64,000 nucleotides of DNA from a virus, in the IMG/VR virus record IMGVR_UViG_3300033146_002242, positions 32,001 through 96,000 of that record; one strand, 5' to 3'. The position numbers were made by a program, and so were the translations under genes. The stretch's first letter is position 1. Each line of letters starts with the position of its first letter. The notes beneath the pieces are model-generated. The model was given only the letters and a program-made list of their open reading frames with translations. It did not search any database and had not been told where the DNA came from. Shown here in pieces: positions 56,527 to 64,000 of the stretch.

Positions 56527-58425
56527 TCAATGTCAATTATACATCCTCTTTCTGATGAATCACAAGAAGAAATCAGAGAGAAAATGAACTCTCCAAAATC
56601 TTTAAAATCATTAGATGGTTCAACTACATCATTATCAAAGGATATGTATGTTGGATTATATATTTTAACAAAACCAAAAAAGAAAAAATCATCTCCAATT
56701 ATTATCACAAGTCCAGAGCAATTAAATGATATAACAGACCCATATATTTTAGTTAAATTTAGAGGGCATGTTTGTACCGCAGGATTTGCAATATATAATT
56801 CATGTTTTCCAAGAGATTTTGAATTTCAAACAAAACAAGCAACAAAATCAGAATTAAATCGAGTCACAACAATTTGTTTAGAAAAATATGATAAAAATAT
56901 TTTTAATGAAATTTTAGATAGATTATGTAAAATAGGATTTAAATGGGCTACAATAGCTGGATCCAGTTTTACTTTAAAAAATTTAGATGTTCCACCAGAA
57001 ATTGAAAAACTAAAAAAAGAAATGGTTGGGAAGGATCCTGAAACTGTATCAGCTTTATTAAATAAAGCTCAAAAAATAATTGAAAAATATTTACACGATA
57101 CTGGGTTAGGTGATATTATTGAAAGTGGATGTGCAAAAGGATATGGGCAATCCATGCAAATTTTGGTGGCAAAGGGATTGATTTCATCTATGGAAGGTGG
57201 AATTTTACCCGGTATAGGTACATCATTTATCGATGGATTGCCTCCAGATATATTTTTTACAGCCGGTAGTGGTGCTAGACATGGAATGGTTGGTAGAGCA
57301 ATTAATACTGCTGACACAGGTTATTTGGCGAGAAAATTAGTTTATTTTTTAAACAGTGTGGAACTTCATCCTTCATTAGCTGATTGTAAAACAAATCGTA
57401 CTTTAAAATTATCTATTATAGATAATAAACAAATCCAAAAATTAAAATTTAGATTTATTGAAAAAAACGGTAAAATAATTCCAATTGAACAAGCGGGTGT
57501 TAAAATTGGGGATGTTATTAATTTGAGATCACCAATTTTTTGTAAATCGCAAAAAATTTGTCATACTTGTCATGGAAAATCTTTTTTACGTAAAGCTACA
57601 CCATATATAGGTGTGACATATGGGCTGATATTAGGTGAGTCAGCAACACAAGCATCAATGGAAAAATTTCATACTGGCGGTGCTATTAAAATTAAAAAGA
57701 AAAACTTGGTTAATGATTTAATATCAAATGTACCTGTTTTGAATAAATCTATAATAAATCAATTTTTTACAACATCAGAAAATTCATTAATTACCAAACA
57801 AGATTGTAAATTAGAAATTGATGTTGTTGATCTAAAAATGTCTGATGATGGTGATTATTATTATAATGAAGATAGTAAAAAATTGGTATTTAAAAATTTA
57901 ATTTCTACATATACATCTGGAACAACAACATTTCCTGTATTATTTGATTATGTTACTGAATTTGATATTGTTCATGTTATAAATCAAAATAAAGAAAAAA
58001 TTGTATTAGAATTTATTAAAGGTGATGTTTTATTAATATCCCCATTAGAAGATACTGAGATGACAGAACTATCACGTTATTTAGATAGACTGATTGGTGG
58101 TAGAATTAAATTTTTTGATGTAGAACATTTGTTTTCAAAAATATATCAACAATATAAAGATTTATCACCTTTACCAATGGTATCGTATGAAGTATTATTA
58201 TCGCAAATTTTAAGATATAAAAAGGATCCTCAATATCCAGCTAGATTAGCTAAAGAATGGGATCCTATTTTATTAAATATGCGTAAAACTATTTTTAATG
58301 AAGGTTTTATTCAGGGACTTGCTTTTGAAAATATAAATGAAGCAATTAGATCTGGATTAACTAAGAATACAGATGATAATTTGAATATTCTGGAAAAAGT
58401 ATTTACCGGAGAACAATTAAAATGA
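56392..58425 (+). CDS. rpoC: RNA polymerase beta' subunit, C-terminal fragment (starts just after the DFDGD motif)
   Basis: SMSIIHPLSDESQEE, bridge helix GARHGMV..INTADTGYLARKL, Zn SPIFC..CHTCHG, trigger loop GESATQASMEKFHTGG. Confidence 0.92.
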   Translation: MNKNIELIPVSEIKIEYDPSMTTAYDFTVEDYFTFCTDDGIFVQDSMSIIHPLSDESQEEIREKMNSPKSLKSLDGSTTSLSKDMYVGLYILTKPKKKKSSPIIITSPEQLNDITDPYILVKFRGHVCTAGFAIYNSCFPRDFEFQTKQATKSELNRVTTICLEKYDKNIFNEILDRLCKIGFKWATIAGSSFTLKNLDVPPEIEKLKKEMVGKDPETVSALLNKAQKIIEKYLHDTGLGDIIESGCAKGYGQSMQILVAKGLISSMEGGILPGIGTSFIDGLPPDIFFTAGSGARHGMVGRAINTADTGYLARKLVYFLNSVELHPSLADCKTNRTLKLSIIDNKQIQKLKFRFIEKNGKIIPIEQAGVKIGDVINLRSPIFCKSQKICHTCHGKSFLRKATPYIGVTYGLILGESATQASMEKFHTGGAIKIKKKNLVNDLISNVPVLNKSIINQFFTTSENSLITKQDCKLEIDVVDLKMSDDGDYYYNEDSKKLVFKNLISTYTSGTTTFPVLFDYVTEFDIVHVINQNKEKIVLEFIKGDVLLISPLEDTEMTELSRYLDRLIGGRIKFFDVEHLFSKIYQQYKDLSPLPMVSYEVLLSQILRYKKDPQYPARLAKEWDPILLNMRKTIFNEGFIQGLAFENINEAIRSGLTKNTDDNLNILEKVFTGEQLK

Positions 58426-61400
58426 TATCTTTTGATAACGCAAAAATATATAAAATATATAATGGGTTTAGATTTTATCAGCATCCTAAAAATCCATATT
58501 TTATTACATATTTATCTGAAAATTCATCTTTTTTAAAAGATTATCATAATTTAAATATTTCCAGAATTGATGTAAAAAATATAGTCATGCCTATAACAAA
58601 AATACCAAGATCATATCCTTCTTCACAAGATAGGCAATTATATAAAAAATATAAATTATATTTATCATCCCCTAGAAAATTACCAACTGGAAAAAATGTT
58701 ATTTTTGATATATCTAAATATTTGTATTTGATTGATAGTACATATAAACCAATGACATATCGGCAAAAAGCTGGTAAAATGATTCAAAATATTGTTAGAG
58801 ATGCATTTTATCAAGTACCTTCTAATTATGAAAAAATTCTGATGTATTCAGTTAGAGTTGATAAAGATTTTAATCCTAGTTATATTAATAGAAAGATTTT
58901 TTTATTTTTAGAAGAAATACATGATAATAATTTTCCATATGATCATTTTATTTTATGTTTAATTTCTGAAAACAATGTATATTATCGTATTCTGATTAAA
59001 AACAGAGAATATTTTTTTAATAGATTGAAACAATATATTAAAAATATTAGAGAAATTGATGTTGAAAAAGAAAGTGAAGAAAATGAAGAACGTGAAAAAT
59101 TATCACAAGATATTATAAAGAAAATTACTAACAATATTGAACCTAAAAATAAAGACGTTATAAAAAATGTATTAGCTGATTTTATTGAACAACATCCAGA
59201 AGAAGTAGAAAAAATTGTTAAAGATGATGTAGAAAATAATAAATCAGTGTCAGCATCAACAGCATATGATTTGGTATCAATAGCCATTTTAGTTCAGAAT
59301 AATAGAAATATAGAGAAATCGAAAAAAATAGTTCAAAACACTAATAAAAATCCTCTTGAAAAATTCAAAAAAATTGAAAAACAATTTGTTGATGAAATAA
59401 TACCTATTCAAAAACCAACTGTTGATAATGATAGTGTTTTATATGAAAAAGTTAAAATAGCTGATTCAGTAGATAATATAGGACCAGATCATATTTTTGA
59501 AAAACGTAAAAAAGATTTTACACAAAATCTTAAAAAAGATATTGCTTTAACTTTTAAAAGTTTAGATAATAGAGATGTGCCATTAAAAATACAATCTGTT
59601 AAATTTGAAAATTCACCTGACCAGTCACATAATTTAAATAAATCAGATATAACTGTAGCAGTAATTACACTTTTTGATAAAAAAGGAAAAAATCATACTG
59701 TTAGAATACAAATACCAAAAATTAATAAAGATGGTACATTTTTTATTAATGGTAAACGGAAGTGTTTAATTAATCAAATTTATCAATTACCTATTCAATT
59801 TCCAAAACCATTTGAAGCTAAATTTGAAAGTTCATATTCAATGTTTTATATTTATAGTAAACATTTGGCAAAGGTAAATTATTTACAAATTTTTATGGGT
59901 ACTTATAAATTACCACTGTCTATTGTTATGTTTTATGGTTTTGGATTTGATATTGTTCTAAAAAAGTTTGATATTAAGTATATGGTACAAGATGAAGCAC
60001 CACCTAAAGATACCAAATATGTTTTAAAAATTGATGGGAAATATTATATTTTTCATAATATTCATAAAGAAGTACAGATTCAATTTATTAATTCATTGTT
60101 ACGTGAAGATTTGAATGGAATAGCGAATGATTCTATTGAATTATTTTCTAAAGCATTTTTTAGTAAATTTATAATTAAAGATACTGGCCGTGTTAATTCA
60201 GTATATTTAATTCAAAATAACTTTGATAATATTGTTGATAATATTTCTAAAAGTATTTTGGCTTCTAAAGGTTATCCAACTAAACTAGCAGATATTATGT
60301 ATTATATGTCTGTTGGGGCGGTAGAAGGATATACTATAAAAAGAAATGATTTAGATAATCAAAGAATTAGAAGTTCTGAAATTATTTCCCATTTATTACA
60401 GAAAGAAGTTTTGACAGCATATACTATTTATAAAGAAAAATATTTAGCAGGAAATGAAGATGCTAAATTTGAAATGGCTGAAACAAAATTGTTATCTGAA
60501 TTTAGTATGGCTGAAATTGTTGCTAATATGGAATATGCTAATCCAATTGAAGAATTATCTGTTATGACAAGGGTCAGCCCAATTGGTAAAAATATTGGTG
60601 GTGTTCCAAATAAAGATACTATTACTTTAGAAGGTAGAAGTTTACATAAAACATATTTTGGTAATATAGATCCTGTTGATACACCAGAAGGGCCAGGTGT
60701 TGGTGTGACACAACATTTAGCTATCGGTGCGGCTATTTCTACTTCTAGAGGATTATTTTCTGAGCAAAAAGATGCTATGAAAAAACCAACTACTACAATT
60801 TCAACAACAACTGCAATGATACCATTTATGCAAAATAATGATGGTAATAGAGTCATGTTTGGTTCTGGTCAAATGAAACAAGCAGTTCCGTTAAAAAATC
60901 CAGAACCACCTATTGTTCAAACTGGTTATGAATCTATTTTAACTCATAATTTATCTGATAATTTTATTAAAAGATCTGAATGTAGTGGAAAAGTTTTAAA
61001 GATAACAGATTCACAAATTTTCATTCAATGTAAAGATAGTAAAAAAATTGAAAAAATTGATTTAACACCTGTTCATTTATCATCTGGTTCTGGTAGAGAT
61101 ACTTTAAGTGAATTTAATGTAGTTGTTAAAGAAGGGCAAACAGTAAAACAAAATCAAAGAATAGCCGAAGGTGCATCTATAAAAGATGGTTTTCTTTCAT
61201 TAGGAAGAAATTTATGTGCAGCTTTTATGTCATGGAAAGGGTATAATTTTGAAGATGGGATTGTTGTAAACGAATCAGTTATTAAAAATGAAAAATTAAA
61301 ATCTTTGCATGGTATGGTGGAAGAAGTTCAATTATCAAAAAAAGATAAAATTTTAGATATAATTAAGATTGGTACACATACTAAGCATGGAGATGTTTTA

Positions 61401-62549
61401 TTAAAAAAATCTATTGGTGATTTAGATGAATTATTGGGAATTGATGATAGTGATGATGAAGATTTATTAACTGATTTTGCTGATGGTAAAATGATAAAAA
61501 AATCACCCGGTGGTGTTATAGCAAATATAGAAATTTTTTCAAATGATAAACCAGATAAATTTCCTGAATATGTACAAGAAATAATTAAAAAAACAAATAA
61601 AAGATATGGTAATCCAAAATTATCATATCGAAATAAAAAAGGACCTATTCAAGGAACTTTGATTAAATTTTATATTAATCAAGAAATGAATCTGATGCAC
61701 GGCGATAAAATGACAAATCGACATGGTGCAAAAGGTGTTATATCATTAATTGAAAAAGAAGAAAATATGCCTTTAACACCGTGGGGCGATAAAGTTGAAA
61801 TTATTCTAAATCCGGTTGGTGTTATCAATAGAATGAATGTTGGTCAATTATTAGAAATGAATATGGGACTTGTTTCTAAAGTTTTAGCTTTACAAATTTT
61901 AAAAAATAAAAACAGTAAATCAACGGTAATTAAAATTATTAAAAATGTATTAAAATTAATTGATAAAACTAATAAACAAGTAATTGTATCATCAATAATA
62001 TCAACCTTAAATGCAATGAGTAGTACTAAATATAAACAATTTATTGAAGAATTAGAATCATATACATTTTTTCCTATTATTATTCCACCTTATAAATCTC
62101 CTAAAATTGAAGATATTTATAAAGTTTATTCATATTTAAAATTACCAAAAACTTATCATTTATATTTACCAGAATATAAATCAAAAACAATTGAGGATGT
62201 TGCAGTTGGTTATATTTATTATGAAAAATTAGAACACATAGGTAATTTAAAATTACATAGTAGAAGTACAGGTCCTGTTATAGCTAAAACAGGTCAACCA
62301 ACAGCTGGGAAAAGGAAAGGTGGCGGTGTACGTGTTGGTGAATCAGATGTTTATGCATTATTAGCCCATAATAGTACAACTGTTGTTAATGAATTGTTTG
62401 GGGCAATGTCTGATGGGGCACAGTCTAAAAACGAAGAAATTTCCAACATATTAATGAATGGGCATACTAAATATGTTCATCAAAAATCATCACCAACTGG
62501 TAATTTATTAAGAGCTTATTTAGTTGCTATGATGATTGAAAAGGGATAA
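58422..62549 (+). CDS. rpoB: RNA polymerase beta subunit with long N-terminal extension
   Basis: DPVDTPEG, GNRVMFGSGQMKQAVPL, GYNFEDGIV, GDKMTNRHGAKGVIS, NPVGVINRMNVGQ, GGVRVGESD. Confidence 0.95.
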   Translation: MISFDNAKIYKIYNGFRFYQHPKNPYFITYLSENSSFLKDYHNLNISRIDVKNIVMPITKIPRSYPSSQDRQLYKKYKLYLSSPRKLPTGKNVIFDISKYLYLIDSTYKPMTYRQKAGKMIQNIVRDAFYQVPSNYEKILMYSVRVDKDFNPSYINRKIFLFLEEIHDNNFPYDHFILCLISENNVYYRILIKNREYFFNRLKQYIKNIREIDVEKESEENEEREKLSQDIIKKITNNIEPKNKDVIKNVLADFIEQHPEEVEKIVKDDVENNKSVSASTAYDLVSIAILVQNNRNIEKSKKIVQNTNKNPLEKFKKIEKQFVDEIIPIQKPTVDNDSVLYEKVKIADSVDNIGPDHIFEKRKKDFTQNLKKDIALTFKSLDNRDVPLKIQSVKFENSPDQSHNLNKSDITVAVITLFDKKGKNHTVRIQIPKINKDGTFFINGKRKCLINQIYQLPIQFPKPFEAKFESSYSMFYIYSKHLAKVNYLQIFMGTYKLPLSIVMFYGFGFDIVLKKFDIKYMVQDEAPPKDTKYVLKIDGKYYIFHNIHKEVQIQFINSLLREDLNGIANDSIELFSKAFFSKFIIKDTGRVNSVYLIQNNFDNIVDNISKSILASKGYPTKLADIMYYMSVGAVEGYTIKRNDLDNQRIRSSEIISHLLQKEVLTAYTIYKEKYLAGNEDAKFEMAETKLLSEFSMAEIVANMEYANPIEELSVMTRVSPIGKNIGGVPNKDTITLEGRSLHKTYFGNIDPVDTPEGPGVGVTQHLAIGAAISTSRGLFSEQKDAMKKPTTTISTTTAMIPFMQNNDGNRVMFGSGQMKQAVPLKNPEPPIVQTGYESILTHNLSDNFIKRSECSGKVLKITDSQIFIQCKDSKKIEKIDLTPVHLSSGSGRDTLSEFNVVVKEGQTVKQNQRIAEGASIKDGFLSLGRNLCAAFMSWKGYNFEDGIVVNESVIKNEKLKSLHGMVEEVQLSKKDKILDIIKIGTHTKHGDVLLKKSIGDLDELLGIDDSDDEDLLTDFADGKMIKKSPGGVIANIEIFSNDKPDKFPEYVQEIIKKTNKRYGNPKLSYRNKKGPIQGTLIKFYINQEMNLMHGDKMTNRHGAKGVISLIEKEENMPLTPWGDKVEIILNPVGVINRMNVGQLLEMNMGLVSKVLALQILKNKNSKSTVIKIIKNVLKLIDKTNKQVIVSSIISTLNAMSSTKYKQFIEELESYTFFPIIIPPYKSPKIEDIYKVYSYLKLPKTYHLYLPEYKSKTIEDVAVGYIYYEKLEHIGNLKLHSRSTGPVIAKTGQPTAGKRKGGGVRVGESDVYALLAHNSTTVVNELFGAMSDGAQSKNEEISNILMNGHTKYVHQKSSPTGNLLRAYLVAMMIEKG

Positions 62550-62551
62550 AA

Positions 62552-63151
62552 ATGGATACTAATAAAGAAATAGAAAATAATTTTTTTATAAGTGGATATA
62601 CACTAGGAGATGTTTCAGAAATAGATGAAGAAGATATTGAATTAAAAAGAGAAGCTGGTGTATATGCTTATGATGGTTATAATTTTATAGATGCATTTGA
62701 TGATCCAAATTTTGAATCTATTTTTTATTTAACATATGAATTAATAAAAGAATTTTCTCTTAATGATTTAAGAATTATTTGTCGGGATTTAATAGATTTA
62801 GTTTTTAAAAAATTTGAATATCAAATAGTACCAACACCTGTATTTGGTACATTTGGTGATGTGGATGAATTTTTAGATTTTATTAAATTTTTAAAATTTG
62901 ATAATGTTAGTTTTTTATTTGATTTAATAACTGATATGAATTTAGATATAAAAAAAGTTGTTGAATTAAAAGATTTGAATTCTTTAGGACATTTACGAAT
63001 TATTAATCATATTGAACATATTTCATTTAAATATAAGTATAATAAATATATTTATAATTATATAATTTCACATGCAAAAAAACCATTTATTAAATGGATA
63101 AATCAAATATTCATCGATAATAAATCAGATGTTTTATTAGAACTAATTTAA
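62552..63151 (+). CDS. Hypothetical protein
   Basis: 199 aa in RNAP operon. Confidence 0.7.
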   Translation: MDTNKEIENNFFISGYTLGDVSEIDEEDIELKREAGVYAYDGYNFIDAFDDPNFESIFYLTYELIKEFSLNDLRIICRDLIDLVFKKFEYQIVPTPVFGTFGDVDEFLDFIKFLKFDNVSFLFDLITDMNLDIKKVVELKDLNSLGHLRIINHIEHISFKYKYNKYIYNYIISHAKKPFIKWINQIFIDNKSDVLLELI

Positions 63152-63164
63152 GTCAAGGAGAATT

Positions 63165-63446
63165 ATGATGGCTGATGTTAAAGAAGTAAATAAAGAACAA
63201 GTAATTGAAATTAATGATGCTGGATCTAGTTTTACAATTGATCGAGCTTGTATGAAAAATTGTACTGAAACACCAGATGGTTTTTCTATTCAGTTATTAA
63301 ATGGTCTAATGATTTTATATGAAAATACTAATATGCCAGCTACTTCTAGAAAAGCTGTTGTGCATGCATTGTTGCAATATGTAACTGTTAAAAAAATTAC
63401 AATTAATTTGAGAGATTATATTAAACCAGTTAAAATTGTAGCTTAA
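63165..63446 (+). CDS. Hypothetical protein
   Basis: AAGGAG RBS, 93 aa. Confidence 0.7.
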   Translation: MMADVKEVNKEQVIEINDAGSSFTIDRACMKNCTETPDGFSIQLLNGLMILYENTNMPATSRKAVVHALLQYVTVKKITINLRDYIKPVKIVA

Positions 63447-63512
63447 TTTTAAAATTTACCCGTTGCTATATATATTTAATTTTAAATAAACATCTTATTT
63501 AAAAATTATATC

Positions 63513-63557
63513 GTTTTATTTTCTATTCTGTAATATTTGCAGAATAGAAAATAAAAC
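63513..63557. repeat. 18 bp perfect inverted repeat
   Basis: gttttattttctattctg/cagaatagaaaataaaac. Confidence 0.8.
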
Positions 63558-63628
63558 AAAAACATTATTTAAAATATATTTGTAACAGGGTATTATTTTT
63601 TTCTTTTTAATTTTTTAAAGGAGTTGAA

Positions 63629-64000
63629 ATGAGTAAAGTTGATTTAGGTAAATATTTAAACATGGGTGATGTAAATCCAAACACAGAATTACGAGAAAAT
63701 GAACCTAAAAATGATGTTCCACCAGAAGAAGAATTATTTCATGCTATTTATATTAGTGGGAAAACACGTACAGAACCAACTTTAAATAATAAGAAAATTT
63801 ATGGTGGTTTTTTACAAGTACGTGGTGTGGAATATAATTTAGAAGAAGTTTATATGATGCCATATTATAAAAGAAGTTTATTGGTTAAAAATGAAAAAAT
63901 TGGAAAATATGATTCCACAGTTTGTTTTTCATTTTTTGATTTTGATGAAAAAGGAAATCAAATTTCGACTAGTGGATTTCCATGTCCACCAACTTCACCT
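63629..64000 (+). CDS. Hypothetical protein (runs off window end)
   Basis: AAGGAG RBS; open frame MSKVDLGKYLNMGDVNP...SGFPCPPTSP. Confidence 0.7.
   Translation, partial: MSKVDLGKYLNMGDVNPNTELRENEPKNDVPPEEELFHAIYISGKTRTEPTLNNKKIYGGFLQVRGVEYNLEEVYMMPYYKRSLLVKNEKIGKYDSTVCFSFFDFDEKGNQISTSGFPCPPTSP

Overview
A 64 kb segment of a very AT-rich jumbo bacteriophage genome, standard genetic code. It combines T4-like head and replication genes (portal, prohead protease, major capsid protein, clamp loader, DnaB-like helicase, primase, family B polymerase with an N-terminal UDG-like domain, GroES-like cochaperonin) with its own multi-subunit RNA polymerase: a full-length beta and a C-terminal beta' fragment. 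It also carries ThyX, QueC/QueE/TGT-like 7-deazaguanine genes, a Thg1-like protein, an actin-like ATPase, eight tandem glycosyltransferases and nine tRNAs, one with a group I intron next to a free-standing HNH endonuclease. Most notable: (1) a Cas12m-like type V effector with a nuclease-dead RuvC pattern (30650-32404), with no cas1/cas2 in the window and a degenerate, covarying hairpin-repeat array 9 kb upstream (20811-21391); (2) a beta' fragment that starts with an apparent split-intein C-half ending at the RNAP catalytic-motif junction; (3) a duplicated, pseudoknotted, covarying ~170 nt element that looks like an unknown structured RNA; (4) a stand-alone paralog of the RNAP beta N-terminal extension inside the head gene cluster; (5) a recurring GAACA-N6-TR promoter motif resembling the AR9 late promoter. 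All family assignments are from motif recognition by eye; no searches were run.
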